From the NCBI GenBank assembly GCA_035480615.1, contig DATIHO010000068.1:1-52154 (forward strand): a DNA stretch of 52,154 nt, given 5' to 3'. The translations under genes were made by a program, and so were the position numbers. Shown one piece after another: positions 1 through 9,534 of this stretch; positions within the stretch are counted from its first letter, which is position 1; each line of letters opens with the position of its first letter. The notes beneath the pieces were generated by a model. The model saw only the letters and a program-made list of their open reading frames with translations. It did not search any database and was not told where the DNA came from. Source of the DNA: Chlamydiales bacterium (GTDB lineage: Bacteria > Chlamydiota > Chlamydiia > Chlamydiales > SM23-39).

Positions 1-211
1 GAACAAATTCTTTAAAAGAGATAGGGGGCAAATGACCCTTCAGAGAAGGCGATTGACCTGCCGGATTAAGAACAGAATTAGGAACAGGGGGATTAATATA
101 ACAATGCCAAGAGAGTTCTGGATTGTTCAAATTAGGAACATGGATTGGATTAGAACTCATGTCGTTATAATTATACGGACTAGTAATAGTAAATTTATTT
201 ATTGATGACAT
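1..211 (-). CDS. 5' part of a hypothetical protein running off the left edge (S/N/P-rich N-terminus, possible T3SS effector)
   Basis: ATG at 211 with GGAG SD; open frame MSSINKFTITSPYNYNDMSSNPIHVPNLNNPELSWHCYINPPVPNSVLNPAGQSPSLKGHLPPISFKEFV to the window edge; not in the ORF track. Confidence 0.65.
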   Translation of the reverse strand, partial: MSSINKFTITSPYNYNDMSSNPIHVPNLNNPELSWHCYINPPVPNSVLNPAGQSPSLKGHLPPISFKEFV

Positions 212-249
212 AATTAACTCCAAATTTTGTATTAAAAACTTTGACACTA

Positions 250-278
250 ATCATACTAAATTTATATTAGTTATGCAA
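250..278 (-). promoter_or_regulatory. Putative sigma66/sigma70 promoter for the left-edge ORF
   Basis: TTGCAT-N17-TATGAT on the minus strand, ~40 bp upstream of the ATG at 211. Confidence 0.55.
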
Positions 279-290
279 CTGATTTTTTTT

Positions 291-489
291 TATACCGAAA
301 CAACCTGAAGAATCGGGATAAAACGGCGAGAGTTTTTTGCGTCTGGAGCGAGCGACCATTGCCTAAGAAGCTGTCCTAAAACTCAGCTTCTAAGCAGCCA
401 CGAGTATACCCCAAAAAAATGCTGCCAAGCCGACGTCGTCAAAAACCGATTCTTGAATCATTTTGGTTATATACCGAAAACTCAGGTTA
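291..489. repeat. Composite, degenerate palindromic element (TATACC-type ends plus an AACCTGAG end) with a nested micro-element
   Basis: 446-471 CCGATTCTTGAATCATTTTGGTTATA matches the end of element 29327-29493 at 24/26; 478-489 AAACTCAGGTTA matches the end of element 15860-16026. Confidence 0.7.
367..390. mobile_element. 24-bp micro-element GAAGCTG...CAGCTTC with TAA direct flanks
   Basis: TAA|GAAGCTGTCCTAAAACTCAGCTTC|TAA; near-identical copy at 25138-25161. Confidence 0.75.
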
Positions 490-590
490 TTAAAGATTTA
501 AGAAAATTATAAAACTTTTGTCTTTACAAAATAACACGCCAACTAATAAGAGTAAGGGAAAAGGCTCTTAAAGGAAGGAGTGGCTCTTTT

Positions 591-794
591 ATGAACAATA
601 CTCATGTCCTTCAAACAATCGCAATGATAATACTTTTAATCGGTGGGCTCAATTGGGGCTTGATCGGTATTTTTGAATGGAATTTCATTGCTACCGTTTT
701 TGGATACACATCTGTTTTAACGCGTACGATTTATTCTTTGGCTGGAATTGCGGCTGTGTACCGAATCCTGGTGTGGGCGAAACACGCTAAATAA
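591..794 (+). CDS. DUF378 family small membrane protein
   Basis: IGGLNWGLIG...R.IY.L.G.AA motif; AGGAG SD. Confidence 0.9.
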   Translation: MNNTHVLQTIAMIILLIGGLNWGLIGIFEWNFIATVFGYTSVLTRTIYSLAGIAAVYRILVWAKHAK

Positions 795-812
795 AAAATA
801 GCTCTTCGATTA

Positions 813-982
813 GAGACTGTCTACAAACTTCGTTTCTGTCGATTTTTCGGTTCTTTTGAGCCGCTTTTTGGTTCTTTTTGCGGGGGTAGTATCAAACTTC
901 GTATACAACCCCCGCAAAAAGAACCAAAAATCGGCCAAAATAATCCAAACATTCGACGAAACCGAAGTTCGTAGACAGTCTC
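813..982. mobile_element. 170-bp palindromic MITE-like element (GAGACTGT type) with TTA target duplication
   Basis: TIR GAGACTGTCTACAAACTTCG / CGAAGTTCGTAGACAGTCTC; TTA at 810-812 and 983-985; core GCGGGGGTAGTAT...TATACAACCCCCGC. Confidence 0.9.
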
Positions 983-1936
983 TTAGGGCTCGGATGCTGC
1001 CTTGGCAGTATCCGAGATTTCTTTTCGAACATAGCCTTGTCTTAGCTCTGCGCTATAGAACAGCCAAAGCCCAACCGATATAATTGCTGTGGAAAAAAGA
1101 ATGGTTGGAGAAAATGGCTCGTTTAGAAATATCCGGCTATTGATTGAAGCGAAAATAGGGAACAGCAGGCCCATAAAGGACATGAATGTGGCTGTGAATC
1201 GTTTCAACAAAAATCCATAAAGGTTATAGCAGAGAATATTAGAAATAAAAATGATGATGATAAATCCTTGCGCAAACGCCTGAAAATCAGCGGATGCTAC
1301 AGGAATAGGCGTCCACGGATCGATAAAAAAGGAATGGATCAGGGCGAATACGCCCCCGATCAGCATGCTTAATCCATTAAGCATCAAAAGCGGAATCGAA
1401 TGATCTTTTAAGGACAGTCTCAGCAAAATCCAACCATACCCGGAACACATCGAAGCTGCGATCACGGCCAGCTCCGGCCAGGAAATAAATACCAAACTGG
1501 AAAGTAACTCCTCAGACCCTTTTTGAGCGGCTAAAACGGGGATGAATCCCAAAAAACCAATTGCCATCCCTAACCATTTCCAGCGATTCATCTTTTCTCC
1601 AAAATGAAGATAGGAAAAAAAAGCGCTAAAAAAAGGGGAGAGGCTGTAAAAAAAACAGGTTTTCGCAGCGCTCATGTGTTTGAGGCCCCAAAATTCAAAA
1701 GCATTTGTTAAATAAATACTAAATAAAGCGAGAAGAACAATTGAAATAAACTGTTTTCCGGTGATTTTGAACGCGGAACGGTTTTTCCAAGCCAGATACC
1801 CGAGAATCATGACGCCGGCGACAAGCATTCTCGAAGCCGTTAGGAACAAGGGAGGGGCAACGTCAAGCGCCATTTTCCCAATGGAAAAACTGCTGGACCA
1901 AATAGCAAACATGAAGATAAGGATCAAGAAACTCAT
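983..1936 (-). CDS. DMT/EamA family transporter, probable orthologue of the chlamydial SAM/SAH transporter (CT580-like)
   Basis: About 10 TM segments; IWSSSF, PLFLTASRM, YLTNAFEFWGL and SPFFSAFFSY motifs; ATG at 1936. Confidence 0.85.
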   Translation of the reverse strand: MSFLILIFMFAIWSSSFSIGKMALDVAPPLFLTASRMLVAGVMILGYLAWKNRSAFKITGKQFISIVLLALFSIYLTNAFEFWGLKHMSAAKTCFFYSLSPFFSAFFSYLHFGEKMNRWKWLGMAIGFLGFIPVLAAQKGSEELLSSLVFISWPELAVIAASMCSGYGWILLRLSLKDHSIPLLMLNGLSMLIGGVFALIHSFFIDPWTPIPVASADFQAFAQGFIIIIFISNILCYNLYGFLLKRFTATFMSFMGLLFPIFASINSRIFLNEPFSPTILFSTAIISVGLWLFYSAELRQGYVRKEISDTAKAASEP

Positions 1937-2038
1937 GGTTCTAAAAGATAACAACCAAAAGAGATTTGATCAAGTGAAGACACTTCTATACCTCAAATAG
2001 TCATTCTTGTAAAATACTCATTCAAAAAGGTTTGTTTT

Positions 2039-2713
2039 GTGGCAAATGAATTTTTTTTCTTGATACAGACCCTTTTGGTTGTGGGATTTACGATCTGGTC
2101 GGCACGTTTAGGAGTTCATGCGTTAGCGGCTCTCATCTCAATCAATGGAGTGTTGGCAAATTTTTTCATTGTGAAACAAATGGAGCTTTTTGGTCTGACC
2201 GTAACCTGTAGCGACGTGTTTGCAGTAGGCAGCATTATAGGACTTAATTTAATGCAGGAGCGCTTTGGTAAAGATGCTGCAAAAAAAACGATTCAAATTT
2301 CTTTTATTTGTTTGTTTTTTTTTGTTTTTGTATCTCAAATCCATCTTTTGTATACCCCTTCGATGCAAGATACAGCGAATGACGCGTTTCATCAAATCCT
2401 GCAATTTACCCCAAGAATTGTTTTAGCATCATTGGCTGTCTTTTACATTGTACAAAAATTCGATGTCTTTTTCTTTGGCTATCTCCAAACCCTTTTTAAA
2501 GGAAAAAGCCTTGGAACGCGGATGGGGATTTCTCTTGTTGCGTCACAGTTTTTGGATACGCTCTTTTTCAGTTTTGCTGGATTATGGGGCATTGCGTATT
2601 CCATTTTTGATGTGATTTTGATGAGTTTTGCGATCAAGTGCGTATCGATCGCATGCAGCGCGCCTTTTTTAAGTTTGGCTCGCTTTTTTTTGCCTAAAGA
2701 GAAAAATTCATGA
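2039..2713 (+). CDS. yhhQ: Queuosine precursor (queuine) transporter, YhhQ/Vut_1 family
   Basis: LANFFIVKQ, PRIVLASL, SQFLDTLFFS motifs; coupled to tgt. Confidence 0.88.
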   Translation: MANEFFFLIQTLLVVGFTIWSARLGVHALAALISINGVLANFFIVKQMELFGLTVTCSDVFAVGSIIGLNLMQERFGKDAAKKTIQISFICLFFFVFVSQIHLLYTPSMQDTANDAFHQILQFTPRIVLASLAVFYIVQKFDVFFFGYLQTLFKGKSLGTRMGISLVASQFLDTLFFSFAGLWGIAYSIFDVILMSFAIKCVSIACSAPFLSLARFFLPKEKNS

Positions 2714-3837
2714 GTTTTCATTTTGACATTCTGCATGAATCTAAAAAATCGCGCGCTCGTTTGGGACGGATCTACACGCCTCACGGTATTATCGATACCC
2801 CCAATTTTGTAGCAGTTGGAACGAATGGGACGCTAAAAGCTCTCGATAATAAGATGGTTGATTCGATTGGCCTTCAGTTGATGTTTTGTAATACGTACCA
2901 TTTGCTTTTGCAGCCTGGCCCTGAAATTGTACAGCGAGCGGGAGGACTTCATCGCTTCATCAACCGATCCACGCCGATCATCACCGATTCAGGAGGATTT
3001 CAAGTATTTTCTTTAGCCTACGGATCGGTTGCAGATGAATTGAAAAGTCAGGGAAGGAAAAAACAGGATGGCCATGTTTTAAAAATCAATGAAGAAGGGG
3101 TATTATTTCGTTCTTATCGAGACGGAAAAATCATCCTTTTAACGCCCGAAAGCTCGATCCAGGCGCAAAAAGCATTTGGAGCCGATATCATTATTCCTTT
3201 GGATGAACTGCCTCCCTATCATATCGGGCTTCAAGAGCTCAAGCGCTCTTTCGAAAGGACGCATCGTTGGGAAAAACGATCTCTTGACGAGCATTTAAAA
3301 AACCGGAAAAACCAGGCGATGTACGCGGTCGTCCATGGCGGCGTGGATCCAGATCTTCGAAAAGAAAGTTGTGATTTACTTTCGGGGCTGCCTTTTGATG
3401 GATTTGCTATTGGAGGCTCCTTGGGTAAAACCAAGCCGGAAATGTTTAAAATGCTCTCGTCTGTTTTGCCGAGAATGCCAAAAGAAAAACCGAACCATTT
3501 GCTCGGCATTGGCGATCTTGAATCACTGGAAATGTGCGTGCCTCTGGGAATTGATACATTTGACAGTTCTTATCCCACCCGGGCGGCGCGCCATGCTCTT
3601 CTTTTCACTCAAAAAGGGAGGCTGAAAGTGGACAAGGCCGCGCATGCCAACCATTTCGAGCCTCCGGAGTCTGGCTGCACATGTTGGACATGCACCCATT
3701 TTTCTCTTGCATATCTTCATCACTTATTCAAGGCGAAAGAGGCAACTGCTCATATTCTTGCCACAATCCACAATCTCCATTTTATGGTGGACAGGATGAA
3801 GCGATGCCGCGACGATATCGCTTGCAATAAAATCTAA
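2710..3837 (+). CDS. tgt: tRNA-guanine transglycosylase
   Basis: TPNFVAVGT, NTYHL, TDSGGFQVFSL, Zn site CTCWTC...HN. Confidence 0.97.
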   Translation: MSFHFDILHESKKSRARLGRIYTPHGIIDTPNFVAVGTNGTLKALDNKMVDSIGLQLMFCNTYHLLLQPGPEIVQRAGGLHRFINRSTPIITDSGGFQVFSLAYGSVADELKSQGRKKQDGHVLKINEEGVLFRSYRDGKIILLTPESSIQAQKAFGADIIIPLDELPPYHIGLQELKRSFERTHRWEKRSLDEHLKNRKNQAMYAVVHGGVDPDLRKESCDLLSGLPFDGFAIGGSLGKTKPEMFKMLSSVLPRMPKEKPNHLLGIGDLESLEMCVPLGIDTFDSSYPTRAARHALLFTQKGRLKVDKAAHANHFEPPESGCTCWTCTHFSLAYLHHLFKAKEATAHILATIHNLHFMVDRMKRCRDDIACNKI

Positions 3838-3861
3838 CAAAACACATATAGTTCATCATTG

Positions 3862-4851
3862 ATGATGAAACGAATCGCAATCACCGGAGCTGCGGGTCAA
3901 ATCGCTTATAGTTTGCTCTTTCGCATCGCCGCAGGAGATTTGCTTGGACCTACCGTCCCCCTCGCTTTGCACCTTCTCGATCTACCGGGATTTGAAACTG
4001 TACTGAAAGGCGTACAGATGGAGCTCGACGATTGTGTCTTTCCTTTGCTCAAGGAGATCAAGATTGGAAGCGATCCGGAGGAATTGTTTGGAGATGTCGA
4101 TTATGCGCTACTTGTCGGCGCAAAACCTCGGGGTCCGGGAATGGAACGCAAAGATCTTTTGGCTGAAAATGGCAAGATTTTTGTCGCTCAAGGACAGGCA
4201 TTGAACCGGGTTGCATCCAGGGATGTGCGCGTTTTAATTGTGGGCAATCCTTGCAATACAAATTGCCTCATTGCAAAACATCACGCTCCTGATTTGAAAA
4301 ATCATCAATTTTTTGCTATGACCCGCCTTGATCAAAACCGGGCCGTTTTTCAATTGGCGCTCAAAGCAAATACTTTGATCGAAGAAGTGAGTCATGTCGC
4401 TATTTGGGGAAATCACTCCTCTACACAGGTTCCCGACTTTTTACATGCAACAATTCATGGCCGGCCGGCTGTAGATGTCATTCAGGACAGAAAATGGCTG
4501 GAAGGGGCATTTGTTTCAAAAATTCAAAAACGGGGGGCTGAGGTCATTACTGCAAGAGGGAAATCTTCCGCCGCATCCGCTGCGAATGCAATTATTGGAA
4601 GCATCCAGTCGATGATCCACCCCACCGAGTCGGGCAATTGCTTTTCATTAGCTGTCCCCTCTTTCAAAAACCCATATGAGATACAAGATGACTTGATTTT
4701 TTCATTTCCCTGCAAAAGCCAAGGCAAAAGAGATTGGGAGATTGTTTCAGGGCTGAAGCTTGATTCCTTTTTACAGGAGAAAATCAGATTGACCGAAAAA
4801 GAGTTGATGGAAGAGCGAGATCTCGTTGCTCATTTACTTCGGAGGACGTGA
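3862..4851 (+). CDS. mdh: Malate dehydrogenase
   Basis: [46 protein letters not shown]. Confidence 0.97.
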   Translation: MMKRIAITGAAGQIAYSLLFRIAAGDLLGPTVPLALHLLDLPGFETVLKGVQMELDDCVFPLLKEIKIGSDPEELFGDVDYALLVGAKPRGPGMERKDLLAENGKIFVAQGQALNRVASRDVRVLIVGNPCNTNCLIAKHHAPDLKNHQFFAMTRLDQNRAVFQLALKANTLIEEVSHVAIWGNHSSTQVPDFLHATIHGRPAVDVIQDRKWLEGAFVSKIQKRGAEVITARGKSSAASAANAIIGSIQSMIHPTESGNCFSLAVPSFKNPYEIQDDLIFSFPCKSQGKRDWEIVSGLKLDSFLQEKIRLTEKELMEERDLVAHLLRRT

Positions 4852-6014
4852 TGCGTGAAGGAGTGCTGTTTGAAATTACCGAAGAATCGCTTGAAACGGG
4901 TTTAAGGGGAGTGCCTGCGGGATACTGCGTCACCTCGTTTGTCGATCCGATGCAAGGACTTACTTATGTGGGGCGCCCGATTGCGGAATTGAGCCATCAA
5001 TCTCCGATTGAAGTCATCTATCTTTTGTATTATGGGGAGATGGGTTCCCAAGAGCAGGTGGCAAAATTTCAATCTGAGTTAAAGCAACGCTCTCAGGTAA
5101 AAGAAGCAACTTTGCAAGCGATTTATCACTTGCCGCGCAGCGGTCATCCTATGGATGCTTTCGCCGCTGCGCTTTTGATCGCTGCAATGTGTGAAGGGAC
5201 GGGGGATTATCGGGAAGATTGTTTGAAGGCAATTGCCATATTGCCTAAGATCGCGGCAGCAACCATTAATCACCATGCAAACTGGGGAAAAACCCCCTCT
5301 TCCAACCCTTCCCTCGGATACATGGAAAATTTTGTTTACATGCTGCAAATTCCTGAAGCACAAAAAACAAAAGAGTTGATTGCGGCAATGCGTCTTTTCA
5401 ATGTGCTCCATTTTGACCATTGTGGAGGGAATCTTTCTACATTTGTCGGCAAAGCGGTCGCTTCCGGTTTGGAAAATCTCTTCGGTTCACTTGCGGCTTC
5501 CATGACTGCCCTTGCGGGGCCTCGTCACGGACGCGCCAATCAGGATTGTTTAGAATTTGTACAAAATGTTTTGGAAGAGGTGGGAGAAGAGGCAAAACCG
5601 GAAGACGTTGAGCAGCTCATTCGAAAAAAACTGGAAAACAACGAACTGCTTTTTGGGTTTGGCCATGCGGTTTTACGTGTGGAAGATCCTCGCGCAACTG
5701 TCTGTTATCAATATTGCCAAAAACATTTTCCAAATCATCGGCTTGTTAAAATCGCGCAGCTTCTTCGGAAAGAGGGGAGCCGGGTCTTGAAAGAAAATCC
5801 CAAAATATCCGATCCTTACCCGAATATCGACGCCATTACAGGTTCCATGTTGGTTGCAGCGGGATTTCCTTATCCTGAATATTTCACGATCCTTTTCGGT
5901 CTTTCAAGATGCGTGGGAATCGCGATCCAGATTGTCTATGAGCGGCTGGAAGCGAGAGGAGGAAAAGGGACTCCGATCATTCGTCCTCTTTATTTATACA
6001 AGTCTAGAAAATGA
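4848..6014 (+). CDS. gltA: Citrate synthase
   Basis: [38 protein letters not shown]. Confidence 0.93.
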   Translation: MMREGVLFEITEESLETGLRGVPAGYCVTSFVDPMQGLTYVGRPIAELSHQSPIEVIYLLYYGEMGSQEQVAKFQSELKQRSQVKEATLQAIYHLPRSGHPMDAFAAALLIAAMCEGTGDYREDCLKAIAILPKIAAATINHHANWGKTPSSNPSLGYMENFVYMLQIPEAQKTKELIAAMRLFNVLHFDHCGGNLSTFVGKAVASGLENLFGSLAASMTALAGPRHGRANQDCLEFVQNVLEEVGEEAKPEDVEQLIRKKLENNELLFGFGHAVLRVEDPRATVCYQYCQKHFPNHRLVKIAQLLRKEGSRVLKENPKISDPYPNIDAITGSMLVAAGFPYPEYFTILFGLSRCVGIAIQIVYERLEARGGKGTPIIRPLYLYKSRK

Positions 6015-6955
6015 GAACAAAATATCCTCCGATCGAGCCTAATCAGACAGGCTTTCTTGATGTCGGATCCGGCCATAACCTTTATTGGGAAGAATCGGGG
6101 AATCCTGATGGAAAGCCGGTGATTTTTTTACATGGAGGACCCGGTTCCGGCACCGATCCCGGCCACCGCGGTTTTTTCAATCCGGACGCTTATCGAATGA
6201 TTCTTGTGGATCAAAGAGGGGCTGGCAAAAGCCGTCCTCATGCGAGCTTGATCGACAATACGACGTGGCATTTGGTGGACGATTTGGAAGCGCTTCGGCA
6301 TTTTCTTCAGATCGAGCGCTGGGTCGTCTTCGGAGGATCGTGGGGCAGTACTCTTGCGCTTGCCTATGCGGAGACCCATCCAAAACGGGTAATGGCCCTC
6401 ATTGTGCGCGGGATTTTTCTCATTCGTAAAAAAGAGATCGATTGGTTCTACCAATTTGGAGCCCATCATATTTACACAGACGAGTGGGAAAAATTCATTG
6501 CGCCTATTCCTAAAATAGAGCGAAGCGACCTGGTGGCGGCGTATTACAAATTGCTCACGTCGCCCAATCCCGATATCCGCAATAAGGCGGCTTATTCCTG
6601 GAGCGCTTGGGAAGCCGCGGCGTTAAAGCTCGTCTTCGACCCAACCCTTTTCCTGCAATTTATAAAAGCGGACCATGCCGAGGCGTTGGCCCGGATCGAA
6701 TGTCATTATTTTATCAATAAAGGATTTTTTAAAACCGATAATTGGCTATTGGATCATGCAGGCGCATTATCTGAAATACCCGGTTGGATTGTCCAGGGGC
6801 GTTACGATATCGTTTGCCCTTTTGAAAGTGCCTGGGAGTTGCATAAAGCTTGGCCTGAAGCTGTCTTCGAAGTCATCAAAGATGCAGGGCATTCGGCCAG
6901 CGAACCCGGGATCACGGATGCTCTCATTCGGGCAACTGATCATTTTTCAAAATAA
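6011..6955 (+). CDS. pip: Proline iminopeptidase
   Basis: HGGPG, DQRGAG, GGSWGS, QGRYD, AGHSA. Confidence 0.96.
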   Translation: MRTKYPPIEPNQTGFLDVGSGHNLYWEESGNPDGKPVIFLHGGPGSGTDPGHRGFFNPDAYRMILVDQRGAGKSRPHASLIDNTTWHLVDDLEALRHFLQIERWVVFGGSWGSTLALAYAETHPKRVMALIVRGIFLIRKKEIDWFYQFGAHHIYTDEWEKFIAPIPKIERSDLVAAYYKLLTSPNPDIRNKAAYSWSAWEAAALKLVFDPTLFLQFIKADHAEALARIECHYFINKGFFKTDNWLLDHAGALSEIPGWIVQGRYDIVCPFESAWELHKAWPEAVFEVIKDAGHSASEPGITDALIRATDHFSK

Positions 6956-7024
6956 TCATTTTGTATTCATATTAATTCGTATTAATGTTAAAATATTATT
7001 AATATTAATTAATATGGAATTGTT

Positions 7025-7678
7025 ATGAGTATTAATTTAAGTAATGTTATAAAACGTTTTGAATACTTATATAAAAACATAAATACTTATCTGCCTTATA
7101 TTGCAGCCGGTAATATTGTTAGAAAAATTGCTTTCTCCTGTTGGAGGCACAATCAAACAGAACGGGAAATCAGGCAGCTAACGAAAGCAATAAAGCTAAA
7201 GAAATCTTTGCAGGGGCAGTTTAAAAAATCCGAAAAGTTCAAAAATGTTGAAAAATACCCTTTTAACATCACAATCAACCAATTAACAGAAAAATTGAAA
7301 GAAACGAAAAGAAAAAAGCAAGAGGGTTATTTGAGTTATTTGGCCATTCCCTCTCTGGCTTTCCCTCATCCTGGATCAAATCCTTATCAAGGCGTGCATC
7401 AACTCGCAGGTCAAGGATTTAAAATGCGAAACACATTGAATCACCCTATTCGTTCGACAGGCAATTTAACAAAAATTACAGCCCTCGGAGCGGGAGTGAT
7501 TGGAATTGTTGGGAGTGTTGTTGCTCTAGGGAAGGTAATTGGCATTCTGCCCGGTGAGAATCGGGTTGTTAAATTGGCTATCAATCTGGCTCTTGCTGTA
7601 AACGTTACTGAAATCGCTTTGGAGGTGTTACGGAAGTTGATGATCCCTTCCAAAAAACAAGCAAATCGACCAAAATAA
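7025..7678 (+). CDS. Hypothetical protein with C-terminal hydrophobic segments (possible Inc/effector)
   Basis: 217-aa ORF with an AT-rich 5' end and two hydrophobic stretches near the C-terminus. Confidence 0.65.
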   Translation: MSINLSNVIKRFEYLYKNINTYLPYIAAGNIVRKIAFSCWRHNQTEREIRQLTKAIKLKKSLQGQFKKSEKFKNVEKYPFNITINQLTEKLKETKRKKQEGYLSYLAIPSLAFPHPGSNPYQGVHQLAGQGFKMRNTLNHPIRSTGNLTKITALGAGVIGIVGSVVALGKVIGILPGENRVVKLAINLALAVNVTEIALEVLRKLMIPSKKQANRPK

Positions 7679-7696
7679 CAGTTTTTAAGAGGTCTT

Positions 7697-8560
7697 ATGA
7701 ATTGGGCTGATTTGGAACAAGCTTTTAATCGCGCGATATTGCTAACGGCATCAAAAAAAAAATTAGTACTCACATTTCCTGTCCTTTCTCTTTGCGGCAT
7801 TTTTTTTGTTTTTTGCCGTGCGATTGCTTTCGATTCAGGAGAATGGGTTTCTATGAGTTTCTCATTCCTTCCGATTCTTCTTTCATCGGGGATTTTGCTT
7901 GCTCTTGGTGTATTGCTGATCCGTCTTCACCATCATGAAGCAAAGAAAATCGCTCTGGATTTCAAAAAACTAATTATTGACTGTATTGATTTGATCGTTG
8001 GCATTTCTTATTTATCCTTTTTGCCGATCCTCGTCTATTTATTTTTGTGGATCCTTCTCGGCATTTTTTTCCTTTTAAAGGAAATGCCGATTGTGGGTCA
8101 TTCTTTTAGCGTGGTTTTTTCTTTCGGCCCTTTTTTGCTGATTTTCGGTTCTCTTCTCCTCTGCCTTTTCAATATGGGCCTTCTTTTTTTTGTAGCACCT
8201 GTCGTGGCTCTGCAGCCGTTCAAAAAACTGTCTGTTGCGAAAAGGGTATTGGATATTTTGAATCGAAAGTGTTTTACTGCCCTGATTTTATTCCTGATTG
8301 CACAAATTCCTTTAGTCATTGTAGGAGGACTTTTAAGTTTAGCTGCTGTATTGACCGATGTGAGTTTTTTAATTGCAGAGCGCTCTCTCTTAGTCGCTTT
8401 GGAATGGTTCTTTATCATGCTCCCGTTTTGCGCGATCCTTTCTCCCGCTGTGATCTTTTTTTTCAATTTTGCGGCTGAAAGTCATCAATTATTGCAGGGA
8501 ACTGCTTTTCCCACATCTTCCATTTATGGCGATCTGAAAAAGGAATTTTCCAATAAGTAG
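7697..8560 (+). CDS. Hypothetical polytopic membrane protein
   Basis: 287 aa, about 6 TM segments, GAGG SD. Confidence 0.8.
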   Translation: MNWADLEQAFNRAILLTASKKKLVLTFPVLSLCGIFFVFCRAIAFDSGEWVSMSFSFLPILLSSGILLALGVLLIRLHHHEAKKIALDFKKLIIDCIDLIVGISYLSFLPILVYLFLWILLGIFFLLKEMPIVGHSFSVVFSFGPFLLIFGSLLLCLFNMGLLFFVAPVVALQPFKKLSVAKRVLDILNRKCFTALILFLIAQIPLVIVGGLLSLAAVLTDVSFLIAERSLLVALEWFFIMLPFCAILSPAVIFFFNFAAESHQLLQGTAFPTSSIYGDLKKEFSNK

Positions 8561-8567
8561 ACCTCTT

Positions 8568-9512
8568 TTGAAAATTGCTGTTATTGGAGCGGGATTTGCT
8601 GGACTTGGCGTCTCATGGCATCTTTGTTCTCGTTTTCATGAAGTCACCCTATTTGATGCAAAGGGGATAGGAGGCGGAGCTTCCGGCATTGCGACAGGGC
8701 TGATGCATCCCTTTATAGGACGCCGCGCCATTCGCTCCTGGAAATCTGTAGAAGGAATGCGAGAAACCGGGAAATTGATTCTGATTGCAGAGCAGGCCTT
8801 GAATGCTCCTGTTTCTGCCCCTGCTGGCATTTTTCGTCCCGCAATCACCTTGCAACAGCAACAGGATTTTTCCTTGAGAGCAAAAGAAGATGCAGAGGCG
8901 CAATGGCTAGAACATCCTGTTTTTGGAGCTGGCCTTTGGATTCCTAAGGGGATCACTCTCTATTCCCGTCTTTATTTACAAGGACTCTGGAAAGCCTGTC
9001 ATTTAAAAGGGGCAAAGCTCGTCCAAAGCGCTATCCATTCGCTGAATGATTTGGAAGAATATGATGCGATCGTGATCGCAGCAGGGTTTGAATCGCTTCG
9101 GTTCGCCCCTCATTTACCATTGCAAGTGACAAAAGGACAGACGTTGCTTTGCCGCTCTGTTGAAAAGCTGCCTTTCAGCCTGGTGTCGGTAGGTCACATC
9201 ACGCCTACCGAAGATCCTGAGATCTGTCAAATTGGGTCAACTTACGAGCACAATTATACAGATTTAGCGCCTGATGAAACAGCTGTTTTCGGCCTCATGC
9301 GACAAGTGGCCAAATTCTATTCAAAAGCGGAGGATTTCAAAATTCTCGAAATCCGTTCCGGCGCTCGGATCTCCCGCCCTAAAGGTTATCGGCCTCTTAT
9401 TGAAAAGATCAATCACAAAACCTGGGTGTTTACCGGTCTCGGTTCCAGAGGATTGCTTTACCATGCCTGGCTTGGTAAACAACTAGCGCAGGAAATTTCC
9501 GCTTTGGTATAA
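8568..9512 (+). CDS. FAD-dependent oxidoreductase (DAO/MnmC-like)
   Basis: IAVIGAGFAG, GASGIATGLMHP, GLGSRGLLY. Confidence 0.9.
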   Translation: MKIAVIGAGFAGLGVSWHLCSRFHEVTLFDAKGIGGGASGIATGLMHPFIGRRAIRSWKSVEGMRETGKLILIAEQALNAPVSAPAGIFRPAITLQQQQDFSLRAKEDAEAQWLEHPVFGAGLWIPKGITLYSRLYLQGLWKACHLKGAKLVQSAIHSLNDLEEYDAIVIAAGFESLRFAPHLPLQVTKGQTLLCRSVEKLPFSLVSVGHITPTEDPEICQIGSTYEHNYTDLAPDETAVFGLMRQVAKFYSKAEDFKILEIRSGARISRPKGYRPLIEKINHKTWVFTGLGSRGLLYHAWLGKQLAQEISALV

Positions 9513-9534
9513 TCGCAATAAATCACTTCCCATT

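Noticed and set aside
856..1083. 75-aa ORF, and similar ORFs at 17886-18092, 17890-18072 and 29312-29586
   Set aside because: They are open frames through palindromic elements, with no SD or protein-family features
1937..2038. preQ1 riboswitch upstream of yhhQ
   Set aside because: No recognisable P1 stem with a conserved loop and A-rich tail
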